Shown piece by piece: positions 25,379 through 39,270 of a stretch of 64,000 nucleotides of DNA. The translations under genes and the position numbers were made by a program. Origin of the DNA: Okamejei kenojei (lineage: Eukaryota); assembly GCA_035221665.1 (NCBI GenBank), contig CM069135.1:75082001-75146000 (forward strand). Direction: 5' to 3'. Below the pieces are notes generated by a model. That model searched no databases, was not told the DNA's origin, and was given only the letters and a program-made list of their open reading frames with translations. Each line of letters opens with the position of its first letter. Position 1 is the stretch's first letter.

Positions 25379-25515
25379 GGTGGGAGATTGCAACCTTCAC
25401 GTGGTCCTCCCCGTTTCGACAAATGCAATCAACCCGGCGTGCACAATCATATAAGATCAAATAGAACAAGTTGTCTGACAACTTTAGAATGTGCACACCA
25501 TACGCAAGAAGAAGA
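25379..25515 (+). mobile_element. Short retroposon with (GAA)n tail
   Basis: 14-bp TSD AGCCTCAGTAGAGG (25365-25378 / 25516-25529). Homologous copy at 46870-47010. Confidence 0.8.
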
Positions 25516-28264
25516 AGCCTCAGTAGAGGTGCTGGCTGTCTAGGGCATCTTCCCAGCCTTGACCACATGGTGGTCTTTGGCTTGCCCCCAGTGGTGCAGT
25601 CTTTCTCAAACCTGCAATAAGGGAACACAGCTAGCAGGGAGATGCTTGACTTTCACTCCCTTTCTCCTCTGGATTTTGATGCCTAGATTTTATGTTGACA
25701 AGTTTCAGGTGACCAAGCTAATTGGACCCAACTGTTACCAATGAACCAATGACACTGCAGACTGGCCTCTCAGCTGGTGATAGGGATCAGAACTGCAACC
25801 TAGGCAGGGGGAGATGATGGAAAGATTCCATCATCTACACCTCGTAGATGATGGAAAGATTTTTAACTGGAGTCATTCACTGCAAGATTCCATGCCACTA
25901 AACTGGTCTTTCAGACATAATATATACTTGGCTGCTCCAAAATAATTTCCGGTCAGTGGTGAATCAAGATATTGATTCAATGGTGCTTTATTTGTCATAG
26001 ATGCAACTGCACAGTGAAATTATATTTTCATATTTATATGTACATGTTTTGGTGCTATTTCCAAAGTCCAAAGACTGTTCTGCCTGCATGCTCAGTCTAC
26101 TGGAGAAGTTCTCAATCCAGGTAAGCCCTAAGCTCTTGCAGGGCCCTCCTCCAGCAATCGATTTGGCCTGTGAACTGACATCCCTCTCCTCACTTGGCCA
26201 CCTTTGTCGCCCACAGGCACTTCCTACAGCTGACCTTGAAGGTGCAGGAGACATGAATCTCATGCAATCTTCTACTGACCCTTGTTGCTCGCATTCGACG
26301 TCTCTAGCCCACTGAGTAATCGTGCCCTCTGGGTGGGTTCCTGGTTCCACGGCCCGCCTATCTGAAAGGCTAATGCTTTTGATTTTCAAGCACGGATTCC
26401 ATGTTCATTCTTGTTACCAACAGCAATCACCTGGCACGAACATTATATGCCAGTTGAATGTTTTTCCCATTTTAATGTTTGACGGCAAAGATTGCCTCAT
26501 TGTCTGAGGAGTAGAAAATGGAACAAAAATACAGTCACAATTTTGGATGGCACTTCAGAAACTGCTTTTCATTTTTATTCAGAATGTTTTGAATAATTCA
26601 ATCATCAGCAAATATGCATACCTGCAAACGTATGACCCAGTTGAAGGTAGTTGGATTTAGCTGAGGTCAGTACACACTACTGAGGCAAACATGGAGTGTT
26701 GGAGTAATGTAATTATAATTGTAATTCATTTAATTAGATAAATATGAAAACAAAACAAGTATGTAAATCATACAAGGAACTTGATTTGCCAGAGTCATAC
26801 CAAAAAGCAACAAAATAAGCAACTAAATAAACATTTAACATAAACACCCATCACAGCGGCTCCCCTACATTCCTCATTGGAATGAAGGCTTATCTTCTTT
26901 CCTCCATTTTCTCCCGCGGCCGGGAGCTCCCAAGGTCGATCCCCAGCAAGAGGCCGCCAGCTCCATGATGTTAGGCTGCAGTGCAGACAGAGATATGATA
27001 AGGAAAAAGTTGCATCTCCGTCGAGGAAAGAGATTAAAAAAGTTTCCTCCACATAATACAAAACAAAACATACACTAAAGCAACATTTAACTACAGACTA
27101 AAAAACAACACAGAAAGAAAGGGACAAGACAGACTGTTGGCGAGGCAGCCATTGTACGGCGCCACCCGGTCAATGAGATAGACAACATCTATGGAGGGAA
27201 AATGCTAGATTTCAGCATCTGTAGTTCCTTGTGGCCTGAGGAATGCCTGAAACAATGCCCTGAGGATGAATAAGCACAGCCATTTTCTTTTGTGTTCTGA
27301 ATGATTAAGAGAAGTTTCAGTAACATTGACTTCAATGTTATCAAGGCCCTTTCATATCAAACTTTGGAACCAATTGAGCCATGGAGCTCAAGTAATGTCA
27401 AAACAAATAATTTCTTAGTAGTTTATTGTTGAGCAATTTCCTTATTTTTCGACGTGGGTGTATGATTATTTGGCAAGATGAGAAGCATTTAATTTGGCAT
27501 GCCTCATGTGTAGAATGCATTTCTGGGCACTTTCAGTTTTTCCGAGGTAGTCCCTCAGGATGGAGGATGATTTGCTTCCAATTGAGTCCATAACTTATGG
27601 ACTTAGGAACATGTGTGAACTAAGGTGGTTGTAGGGGCAGACTCTGTCATGCTTGGTGCAAGAGGTACTTGATGTGATGAGTGGGTGGATAATTTTGCTC
27701 CAGCTGTATCTTTCCACCATTTTGCAGAATATACTTCAAGATACCAAATGTCCTTGGTGCAATTTTGATACTTCTTCTCCATTTCCATTACAGGTCAAAG
27801 AATCTCATGATCCAAGGAGTATGACACATGTTTTCAAGAAGGATTTGATAACGTTTAATGCATTTCCTTTGTGCCCCTGACAAATTACAGAGGTCAGATG
27901 GAAGTTCTGGGAACAGAAGGTTTGTGTCAGGAACGTGGGCAATGTAGCTAATCCCTTTGAAATAGACTAAGCTCAACAATAGTATACATTGGCAAGGGAG
28001 AGAATGCTGATTTTGGTTTGCTTATCCTGCCAGAAAATTTGGAGGAATTTGTACTGAATTTGCTGTAAGTATCGCAAATCTCTTGTGGACAGAAATCTTA
28101 GGATCACTGCTGGTCGATAGGCATTAGCTTCTCTTAGAGTTTAAATTCTTCAAAATCCCTTTCTCTCTGAACAGAGGTTAAAATAAGCCAGTACAGGGCA
28201 GCATGATGGTTAAAAAAAAAGGTGGATGCTCTATGATGCATTTTATGAAACAATTCTAAGAAAT

Positions 28265-28800
28265 TTACACTACTTTACCATAAAATGTAGAAATTACTTT
28301 CACCCATGCCTCAGATGGCCAGACATGTGTTGCATCATCGTTGACGTGCCTCTTCACTGACAGGCCACTCCCGAGATGTGGAAAATAGTTCAAGTTTTCC
28401 AAAGTCTTAGTCCTTTTACAGCTGTGCCGGCTGGCAGAGAATCTTTGATTTGCAGATGTGTTGATTCCGTGCAATACTTCACTAACAGATTCAATAATGA
28501 CTTGGAGCTCAGTCTCTGAATGTACACATATGCACGCATTGCCTGCAGACTGCATTTGTTAAAGTTGTAGTGTCCTCGACTGTGGAGTAAAAGTGATAAA
28601 AATAGAGCTGCAGGGTTAGTTCTATTCCTGTTGACAGCCCTTTAGAATTGAGTTGCAATTTTATCGAGGCAAGAGTTGAACAAAAGTGTTGGTATGATGA
28701 TACATTCTTGCTTGACCCTGGTATAGATTCGGATCAGATCTGTAGTGGACTGACTGGTTAGATTCAGGGAGATTCAAGTAATTTTCTGATGGATCTATTC
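28265..28800 (-). mobile_element. Degraded RTE-clade LINE RT remnant
   Basis: LENLNYFPHLGSGLS...VNDD resembles the RTE 'F.YLGS' thumb region. Confidence 0.5.
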
Positions 28801-28949
28801 CCTATTAGGGTAATAGAAGAGAGGTGATTATAGAAACAAATGAGAAATTAGATGCTCAGAGTCTCTTGCCCAGGATAGGGGAATCGAGGATCAGAGGACA
28901 TAGGTTCAAACTGAGGGGAAAAAGATTTAATAGGAATCCTAAGTGTAAC

Positions 28950-30003
28950 TAGAATTAGCCAGAAAAAGCAACCTACCAGAGGACTGGGAGAAATTCAGAG
29001 TCCAGCAGAGGGCAAAGGGCTTAATTAGGAAAGGGAAAATAGATTATGAAAGAAAACTGGCAGGGAACATAAAAACTGACTGCAAAAGATTTTGTAGATA
29101 TGTGAAGAGAAAAAGATTAGTTAAAACAAATGTAGGTCCCTTGCAGTCAGAAACAGGTGAATTGATCATGGGGAACAAGGACATGGCAGATCAATTGAAT
29201 AATTACTTTGGTTCTGTCTTCACTAAGGAAGACATAAATAATCTGCCGGAAATAGCAGGGGACCGAGGGCCAAATAAGATGGAAGAACTGAGTGAAATCC
29301 AGGTTAGCCGGGAAGTGGTATTGGGTAAATTGAATGGATTAAAGGCCGATAAATCCCTAGGGCCAGATAGGCTGCATCCCAGAGTGCTCAAGGAAGTAGC
29401 CACAGAAATAGTGGATGCATTAGTGATAATTTTTCAAAACTCTTTGGATTCTGGAGTAGTTCCTGAGGATTGGAGGGTAGCTAATGTAACCCCACTTTTT
29501 AAAAAAGGAGGGAGAGAGAAAACGGGGAATTACAGACCAGTTAGTCTAGCATCGGTAGTGTGGAAACTGCTAGAGTCAGTTATTAAAGATGGGATAGCAG
29601 CACATTTGGAAAGTGGTGAAATCATTGGACAAATTCAGCATGGATTTACGAAAGGTAAATCATGTCTGACGAATCTTATAGAATTTTTCAAGGATGTAAC
29701 TAGTAGAGTGGATAAGGGAGAACCAGTGGATGTGTTATATCTGGACTTCGACAAGGTCCCACATAAGAGATTAGTATACAAACTTAAAGCAACGGTATTG
29801 GGGGTTCAGTATTGATGTGGATAGAGAACTGGCTGGCAGACAGGAAGCAAAGGGTAGGAGTAAACGGGTCCTTTTCAGAATGGCAGGCAGTGACTAGTGG
29901 GGTACCGCAAGGCTCAGTGCTGGGACCCCAGCTATTTACAATATATATTAATGATTTGGACGAGGGAATTGAATGCAACATCTCCAAGTTTTCTATGTTT
30001 CTA
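28950..30003 (+). mobile_element. CR1 LINE with an internal deletion, nested in another CR1 3' end (28815-30260)
   Basis: ORF 29102-29815 includes GPDRLHPRVLKE, WRVANVTPLFKKG and GNYRPVSL. The sequence jumps from mid-RT directly to the ttctatgt tail. TGTAAC occurs at both flanks. Confidence 0.88.
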
Positions 30004-32777
30004 TGTAACGTTTTCACAGAAAGGATTGTGGGTGTACGAACAAGCTGCCAGACGAGGTAGTTGAGGCTGGAACTATCCTATCGTTTAAGAAACAGTTAGA
30101 AACAGGTACATGGATAGAACAGGTTTGGAGGGATATGGACCAAGAGCAGGCAAGTGGGATTAGTGTAGCTGGGACATGTCTGGGACATGATTTTTGGCCT
30201 GTTTGAGTAAGTTGGGCTGAAGGGCCTTTTCCCACACTGTATCACTCTATGACTCTATGACTAAAGCATTTCCAACTGGGGTGGCACAGTGGTGTAGCGG
30301 TATTGTGCCAGAGAAGCGAGTTTGACCTTGACTATGGGCGCTGTCTGTACAAAGTTTGTACATTCTCCCTGTGACTATGTGGGTTTTTTTCCAGGTCTTC
30401 TCTGTTTTTTGTTTAGATTTCCAGCATCTACAGATTTTTTGATTTTCAACAACTAAGAGTTTGATGAGAAAATAATAATGTGTCATTTTTGGCAGTCACT
30501 ATTCATGTTAATGGATGGTAATTTGTGCTAAGAAAGGAATATAGCTAGAAGTGCAATTCACCACAAGTTGCTAGACTCTTCTATTAACCACAGAAGAACA
30601 GAAGCACAGCATCAACCTCCTCATACATTCAAGAAAAATAAATTTAGCGCAGCGAATTGGGGCTGGTTCTTAATCATGTAAGGAAAGGATTTAAGTTCCT
30701 ACCATGTCATTCAATCTTTTTGGCTCAAAAAAAGGAAAATTGAAACTGTGGGGATTACAAAGCCAGAGGCCAAGAGCTGGAAAGTGGGATTAAGCTGGAA
30801 AGTTACTTTTCTGCCAGCGCGACTTGGTGGTATATTTTGCCTTCTTTACTGCCATTTTCTTATTATTCTGTGCTGAATTTTCCATTGGATACTAAAGTAT
30901 TTCCAGGGATTTTCTTTCAATTTTGCATTTTTAAATATTATTCTTACATTTCCGTTATGTTCCATACTTTTATATTGCTTTTAATCCAAATTCTCTTGCA
31001 CTTATCTCCAAGTCCGGCTATATCTTTTCCAATAATTACTCTTTTTTTTCTTCCGTTTCAGTGACTAATGAGAGAGACTGTTAGTCCCAAGACAGACTCT
31101 AATCCATCCATTCTCTATTGAACAGTTCTTGCATTTGTCTGCTGTGCTTCATAAATAAATGCTGCTTCTATATACTACACATCTATACAATTTAAAATGT
31201 AATTAGTTTGCTACCAAAAAAATCTGTGTGATTTAAATTACATTCTGCAAAGGAAAATGCAGCTTTGAACATAACTTTCACCACTGGGAGGCACCATTGC
31301 TTCTCGTCCAGCATAACATTCTGTCTGGAGTTGCACATTAATGTTCTGACTGCTTATTTCTTTATATCTTTCATAAATGTTTTGTTTGAAACAAGCTATT
31401 GCATATTTCTACTTGCAGTACAAGTAATATTTATTTTGTAGTCTCATTAAGTCTTTGTGCAAGTTCAATGTGAATTCCTTCTTTATGTGTTCCATGCCTA
31501 CTGGTGCAATGTCAATTTAATTTAGTTGCTGTCCTTTGCTTTGCATGCTCTCACCGTCTGTTTACTCAGAGTGATTCATATCCCTTTATCTAACGTGCCA
31601 TAAAGGGATATGCTAGAATTTAGGACTGGAACCAGTTACACAGTCAGCCTTTTGTGCTGTTGTTACTGACAGATTTAATTTTCTTGCCAATGCAACTTCT
31701 TCTCCTGCATGGATGCAGACTGGCAATTAATCTGGCAGAAATGGGGCATGCACTGCTGCTTTCATAACTGCAATGAAGAAAGTGGCTAATTATGTGTTAA
31801 ATCACTCATTACATTTGTAATTTCAATCAGCCTTAATGGCCTGTCCTTCCCCTAAAGGAGCAGCAATTCTCCCATATTCCTGAACTCTGTGGGGTAAATA
31901 TACAGAAATGTCATTAATGTTTCAGTCTTAACTACTTTTACGTAAATGAATTTGCCCTTTGAGCAGGCTGCAGGATTAACACCTGAGGCCCTGTTCCACA
32001 CAACTTCCAGTGGGAGTACATGGAAATCCATTTTTATTATTGATTAACAACTAGCCCTGAATGGAGTACACCAGTTTATTCCTTAAAAAACAAATCAACA
32101 TTTCCCTTTCCAAATTCTTAGATTTTGAGCAAAGCACAAAGTATTTACGGAACTCAACGGGTCAGTCTGCATCTCAGAGAATGGGTAGGAAATATTTCAG
32201 ATTGGAAATATTTCAGGTTTTAGTGTTGCTGCATCTGCTTTGCAGGCTTTTAGTGGCATTTCTCTTATTTGGCAATATTTTTACATCAAACTATTAAATA
32301 GAGTATTCATAATAGGATCTTTTCTTTTTTTCTCTCTCTCAAACTACTACATTGCTGATTATTTTCCTATATGTTTCATTCTTGTTTTTTCCTCTTCTTT
32401 TAAATATTTTTGTCATGAAATTGTATTTGATATTGTACATTCAATTGTCATCTTACACTATTCTACCCATTTGTCACAATTCTGCTTATCTCATTATTTG
32501 CCCAACTAAACAAAATAAAGCCATCACATATATTTCCAGAAAACGTTTTGAAATTTTAATAGATATTGTGACATAAATATTAGTCGTTGTCCTATGTAGT
32601 CTTCTGCAAAAATGCTATTAAAAATTTAACATTTAACATAGATACCTTTCATTCCCATTTGAAACATTATTTACAATGAACTTAGAGCAGGTTAATTATT
32701 AAGATAATAAATAATAATTTGAAGCCTAAAAATGTGCATAGATTGAATCTTTCATGAAGAAGAGTGTTATATTAATA

Positions 32778-34364
32778 CTAGGCTAAGTGGGACCTGTTGG
32801 GTCCCTGTCACAGGGGAGGCCTGGTCTCCCAATGCAACCCATTCCCCCAGGCAATATTCCACCACTCACCCATTCCCCCTAACGCAACCCGTTCCCCCAA
32901 CGCAATATTCCACCACTCACGCCTATCCCTCTTCCATCGAATCCACCCCTCCCTCTCACCCTCTCCCTCTACACCCCCCTCTATCCTACCTTGCCCATCA
33001 CCCCGGACCCCTTCTACCACCCTCTCTACCATCCTGCACTCCACCACCCCTCTACCCCACTCCCTCCCTCTCTTCCCCCCTCCCTCCTCCCTGTCTCTCC
33101 CCCTCCCTCCCTCATCTCCCTCTCCCTCTCTCCCCTTCATCCCTCTCCCTCCATCCCTCTCTCCCTCCGCATCCCTCTCTCCCCCCTTATCCCACTCTCC
33201 CCTCTCCCTCCCCCCTCCCTCCGTCTCCTCTTCTCCCTCCCCACCATGCTGTGGGCCGGGCTGCGGCGCTCCCTCTCTCCGTGTAACACTGTGGTGTGTT
33301 AGGGCCACCCCGGTGTCCACGCCCATGGGCAGGAGCCGCTGGAGCGCGGGACCCGCGGTGTCCTTCGCCAGCGGGTAGACAGCGGGGCTCAGTGCTAACC
33401 CCCCTATATCCCTCTACTACCCCATCTCCCTCCTCCCCATTTCCCACATCCTCCTCCCCTCACTCCCATTCCCTGCCCCAGCACCTACCCAGGTCGTAGA
33501 GCAGCGCCGGGGCCTGGAACTAGGCCTGGTTCTCATACTCAGCCCGGCCCTGGCAGTAGGCGGCCGAAGCACCCGTGGACGTGGGCCTCGACAGAGCTGG
33601 GCTCGCTGTGCTGGGGGCGGGGTGAGGGTGGCGGGCGGTGAGCCAGAGCTGCCTGCTGAGGAGGATGCGGAGGTTGTGCTGCAGAAAGGCGGCGGCCGGG
33701 CGGCCCCCGAGGCGCTGGTACATCTTGACCCAGGCCCTGGGCTTGGGCCCGACTCCAGCCCTCAGCTCGGCCACCACCTGGGCTCCAGTCCAGGCCCCGA
33801 CTTCATCTCCAGGCCCGTCCCTGACTCCGCACCTAGGCTCGTCCTTGGTTCCAGCCCAGGCCCAGTCCCCGGGCTCGGCCCGCAGCACCACCCTCCCCAC
33901 CAGGTACAGGGCGGCCACAGCTCCTTCATCATGGGGGCGAGGCTGCTGCTTGGGGCGGGGGTGTTGCTTGTGGCGGGCTGCTTGGGGTGGGACGGGGGGG
34001 GGGGGGGCTGGGCGGCGCTGGGCTGCGCTGCTATGCGTCCCTCTGAAATTCCTGTTGGAAACCTCTGCCGTGATGGCGCAGGAAGGGGTAGACCGTCCCG
34101 AGGAGTGACAGGGAAAGCGACTAATCTGTGCGGCGCTGACTGTCAGGAGAGATCGGTCTGCGCATGCGCGATTTTTAAGATTTTTAAACCTCGCCAACTT
34201 TTACGACATTCAACCAATTGGAATGAAACTTGGCGCACTCGCAGCACAGGAGAACGGTGAGTGAACTGGCGAAAAATCGTTGCGCTATAGCAAACCGTTT
34301 TTGCGCAAATAGATGGACAACCTAACCAGAAGATAACAAGATCAGAGTTTTAGTTATGTATAGA
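32778..34364 (-). mobile_element. Non-autonomous Helitron, same family, carrying different GC-rich cargo
   Basis: On the minus strand: 5' A|TCTATACATAACTAAAACTCTGATCTTG, and a 3' hairpin GGGACCCAACAGGTCCC followed by ACTTAGC CTAG|T. The terminal segments are homologous to 7360-7600 and 8750-8897. Confidence 0.88.
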
Positions 34365-35805
34365 TGATAGATGAGCTGTTCTCTAATATTGCCACCTGTA
34401 CATTAGAGTAAGATTATGAGGCACTTTATTAAAAATATCAGATTTATTTATTCATTGCTCACATTTATAACACTGAAGCATTGTTTCAAATGATCTTATC
34501 TTATAATATCAATAGAAAATTAAATATTTCCAGATTCTTAAGATGTTATGACATAAATTGGTCTACAACTGAAGTGATTTCAGAAATTTTGGATCGAACA
34601 TGATGTAACTTCACGATTTCTGGCCATATTGATCTCTCTCCTTTTCCACTTGCACTCACCATTGAATCCCAGGGCACTTTAATAATTCCTGAACTTAAGG
34701 TTCGGATAGACATTGTAACTGCCCCTTAGATGGCACCTAGCACAGCTAGGCTAAGAAGAATTGGGACATTCAATTCAATGGTTATATTGACCCTCATTAA
34801 AATGATAGGTTTAACTAAGCATTTTGTTTTTTTCTCTACATTGTAGAAGCACAGAAATATAGAAAATAGGTGCAGGAGTAGACCATTCAGCTCTTAGAGC
34901 CAGCACCGCCATTCAATATTATCATGGCTGATCATGCAAAATCAGTACCCCATTCCTGCTTTCTCCCCATTTCCCTAAAAGTTAACGGAAATTTAAATTA
35001 ATTAATGGTAGTTTAATGTGCTCAAATGTATGTCATTTTAAATTTGTTTTCAATAATGTTTTCATTTTTATATTAACTAAATCAATTTAAGCTCAGAGAT
35101 TTAAAAAAAAGCAGACCTTTGATAGCTTAGCCCTCAGTATCATAGTGATATCCATTGTCTACAGCCTTGCGATTTGTGGCGCAGTCCACTCATGGTAGGG
35201 TCACAGAACCACTATCAAAGTCATTGGGAGCTAAACGGGTTAATAAGATTAACCTGTTTCAGACAACAAATGAGATCAACGGCAATTTGATCAATTGGAA
35301 CTGATATTCAGATCACTCAGAAAATACATTAAAAAATAAGGCAGAAACTGTAATGAGTCAGCATTAATATCTATCAGCATAATGATAACAGTGCACTGTC
35401 AGCTTGGTCAAAACACAGTTTAAAACAATTTCTCACACCATTTTGCCACAAGTGAACAATAACTTCAGCAGAAATCTACAGAACAAACAAATTGCTAGCA
35501 TGGATGCGGTATCATTATGAATCATACGATTCATCAGTTGAAAAATGAATTAGTGTCAGAAAGTTGTACATTTTGGTCAGTTGTCTCCTGATGACATATG
35601 GATTTCTGGCCCTTTTTATCATGGCTGAAGAAACTGCTTAATAATACATTGTAAATTGTTCGTCAGGTTTACAAGCCTAATACAAGAATATAATCATTGT
35701 TACATTTCTAGATTCTTGTTCATGAATTGGTTTGTTGTATTATTTCAGCGACTTATGTTCTGGAATAAAGGCAGATTAATTTATTGAAAAATCATACCCA
35801 TTTTA

Positions 35806-36684
35806 TTATCCTGCATTTTCTTTAATTTCCTCACTACCTTTCTCAATCCCATAATTAATGGTATTCTGAGACTTGGGATCCTGGCTATTGCATGGTTCTG
35901 TACTAAAAGGCTTCACTTTAGAACCTGATAGAGGTAAATCTTCAGTCAGCTTTGATTTATCAAAAGACTCAATAAATTGGGGATGGCCATGTTTTTGATA
36001 TTTCTGCGTTGAAATAGTTATTTGCTTGAAAACAAGGTAAACTATTTCAGCTATATTTAGAAGAAGTGACACACAAGCAACAGCCAGCATGAAAATGATG
36101 AAGATGGTTTTCTCTGTTGGACGTGAGATAAAACAATCTACGGTATGTGGACAGGGATATCTACTGCACACATACATGGGATCCAAAGAAAAGCCATAGA
36201 GATACCATTGACCCACAATGAAACCAATTTCAAGCAGAATTTTACACAAAACATGTAATATGTAGGTAAATAATAGGATTCCTTGTATTTTTACTTTTCC
36301 ATCCCTTACTATGTACTTTGATGTCTTCTTAACTTTTCTGAAGTTTTGTTCTTCAATTAATTTGTGTTGTCTTCTCTCCAAGTGGACAACATGTAAAGCA
36401 TGTCCAAGGTACAGCAAGGTAGGTGTTGAAACAAAAATGATCTGAAGAACCCAAAAGCGAATGTGAGAAATTGGAAAAGCTTTGTCATAGCAGACGTTTT
36501 CACAACCAGGTTGGCGTGTGTTGCAAAGGAAGCCAGACTGTTCATCACCCCAAACCTTCTCTGCAGCAGATCCAAGCAATAAGATCCTGAAGATAAATAA
36601 TACGGTGAGCCAGATTTTCCCAATCACTGTAGATTGTGCCTGGACTTTGTCCAGCAGTCTTCCAAGTAGAGTCCAATCCCCCAT
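35806..36684 (-). CDS. Second alpha-connexin, Cx32.2/Cx32.3-like, 292 aa, single coding exon
   Basis: [33 protein letters not shown] has both extracellular Cys motifs ([14 protein letters not shown]; [12 protein letters not shown]), a short cytoplasmic loop and a short tail. Acceptor ttggcag| lies 14 nt upstream of the ATG. The subtype is inferred from length and from linkage to gja1. Confidence 0.92.
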   Translation of the reverse strand: MGDWTLLGRLLDKVQAQSTVIGKIWLTVLFIFRILLLGSAAEKVWGDEQSGFLCNTRQPGCENVCYDKAFPISHIRFWVLQIIFVSTPTLLYLGHALHVVHLERRQHKLIEEQNFRKVKKTSKYIVRDGKVKIQGILLFTYILHVLCKILLEIGFIVGQWYLYGFSLDPMYVCSRYPCPHTVDCFISRPTEKTIFIIFMLAVACVSLLLNIAEIVYLVFKQITISTQKYQKHGHPQFIESFDKSKLTEDLPLSGSKVKPFSTEPCNSQDPKSQNTINYGIEKGSEEIKENAG

Positions 36685-39080
36685 TCTTCAAAGTATACCT
36701 GCCAAATTAAACACATGCACAACTAAATGTACCTGCATTACAAACTGGATGTTAATCTTGTACTTTTTCATATAAGACTTTGGGATGGATATTTGCGAGA
36801 GCTGCCAGCCCTCACCTGTTATAACATCAACAAGGAAGCCATGGAAGCTCTGGAAAAATGCTCTAAATGATGAATGAAGATAGACCATGTGGAAATTCAG
36901 CCCCTGGAATATTTTCAACGTCTTTGAACTCTTTTTATTTTACGTTTTAGGTGCAGCATTTCACATATGTCAAAAATAATTTTACTGAATCAAACTTAAT
37001 GGATTGCTAAATTAGCAAATTTTAGAGATGGGGACAGGGAAACGGGACAAGTTAAAACATTTACATGAACCGACCGCGGTGGCTTTTTTGAGCCACAATT
37101 AATTACAAATTGAGAATAAGAATTTCAAATATAGGTCAAATTAAAGGTCAAGGATGCTGCGGTTTCCTTTTTCTATTCTTCAAATACTGGAATACTCTGC
37201 ACAACCCTGTAGGAGATTCTACATTTTTGTAAAACAGCAGCAAAGTAAGAAGGCAACTCAAAGGTAATTAGGGCAATTAGGTAGGGGTGAGTAATAAAGA
37301 TAGGTCTTCATAGCAATTGCCACATTCCATAAAATAATAAAATTACTGGTAACTGAGGTGCTGTACCTTGCTTATGAATGAGTATGACTATTCCACTATA
37401 CAAGGTATTCGCCTCAAGGTATGCAGCCTGCAGATGGGGACATTACAATAGGGCAGTTACCTAGTTTATGCAAGTCCTCCCTAAGTGTTTGCACACATTC
37501 ATACATAAGAACAGACCTGGATCGTCCTGGTCCATTGATCACTGCAATCAGTTATTAACAAAATGTATTCTTGTGATATTCTGTCATTAATGTGGGAAGA
37601 AGTTTCCTCTGTCAGAGATTATGTTTATTTTTATGGCACAGTAAGCACAAAATACAATTGATCCATCTATAATTTCACCAAACATTATAAACCAAAGCAT
37701 TGGTCTCAGATTTGGCTTAAAGGTTCTAGAAAGGACATACAACCTGACACTTGCCCAGAGAGAAAATCTATAATTTCATCAAAAGTTGCATCGTATCCAC
37801 AACTGGTCAAAAGGTTTTTCATAATTGTATTTTTAAGAAGGAACTGCAGACGGTGGAAAAATCAAAGGTGGGTAAAAATGCTGGAGAAACTCAGCAGGTG
37901 AGGCAGCATCTATGGAGCGAAGGAATTGGAGACGTTTCGGGTTGAGACCCTTCTTCAATCTGAAGAAGGGTCTCGGCCCAAAACGGCACCTATTCCTTTG
38001 CTGCATAGATGCTGCCTCACCAGCTGACTTTCTCCAGCATTTTTATCTACCTTCATAATTGTATTTGATCTGTTTACAAGAAACAAGGGAAAATGTTTGA
38101 ATATCGAACAACCAAATGAAAGCCAAAGGGCTTAATGTGAAATAATGTCAATTCACTCGAGTTGTTTTTATAAATGTTAAAATTAAATATGGCAGCCTGA
38201 TATCCCTGTAGCTCCTTCAATGAAAATTGTTTTTTTTAAGATTGAATAATCATCTAACTGTAAAATGCTTTGAAAATGTGTCAAGTGTAGCAGCTAGAGT
38301 GAAACAATAGACAATCAAACACAATAATATACTGCACAGACGATAAAGCATACAAAATCCTCCCAGGGTTCAACTAGTCAGATGGTGACAGTGAAGACCA
38401 TAACACAATAATGGCAAAGTCTAACTGATATTTAATCATTAAGGAAGTAAAAGATTTGTAAAAATGATCTGAAGTAAAGTAGGAACACCCATTGATCCAC
38501 CTGACATTGTGAACAGCTGTATCATTGATTAAAAAAACACACAGGGAAATGACAATGGTCTGACTTTGCTCAATAAATTGAAGGCAAATTGTTAGAAAAG
38601 TAGAAGAGCTAGCAATCTTGTCATTCTACCACAAGTATTAAGTAGTGATAGACTGCTCCTTTGCAGCCAAGCTACTTTCAAATTATGCCAGAAATCAGAT
38701 ACAGTCTAAACCTTCCAAACCTTCCAAAACTGACTGAATTTAGTGGCTAATACAGCTGCTCCATTTGGGTTTGGTCCCATCTCATGTGGAATAGACAACT
38801 TCTCTCACCATAGACAAAGAAGTACATAATTTAAGCTCGAGAAGAATTACATCATGTCTTACAAATACAATTATGCAAGTGCCAACTTCACAGTAGTGAG
38901 AACTACCCAAACCTGCATTCTTGACTCTATGTTATGAAATGGATAAAGAGGCACTAAAGAAGCTAGAGAAAAGATTTAAACATATTCAGAAATGAGAGTC
39001 ATGGGTATCAGAGATGAAGCAATTAAACTCGATAGAGTTTACAAGAATGAGGGGGTCCTCATTGAAACATACAGAATAGT

Positions 39081-39270
39081 CTTCTTCTTTTTGTGTCCAT
39101 CTTGGGACAAATGTTGACCTCGCTGTCATCGTCCGTCATGAAAAGGACGCAAGCTTCCGGTGACAATCAGTGTGGCCATCACTTGTGGCAATAGATGATG
39201 GTGGTAGCAGAATTAGCTCAGGGTACTTCCAGTTTCCAGCCCCGCGACGTGGACGCTTCTGCTCTGGGGC
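39081..39270 (-). mobile_element. (GAA)n-tailed retroposon fragment inside a CR1 3' end (39030-39630)
   Basis: 13-bp TSD CATACAGAATAGT at 39068-39080 and 39271-39283. Confidence 0.75.

Noticed and set aside
29102-29815. Intact autonomous retrotransposon (also ORFs at 50838 and 55876)
   Set aside because: All RT ORFs are truncated, frameshifted or interrupted.
32797-33378. Pro-rich and Gly/Glu-rich ORFs on both strands
   Set aside because: Products of a pyrimidine/purine tract that lacks stop codons.
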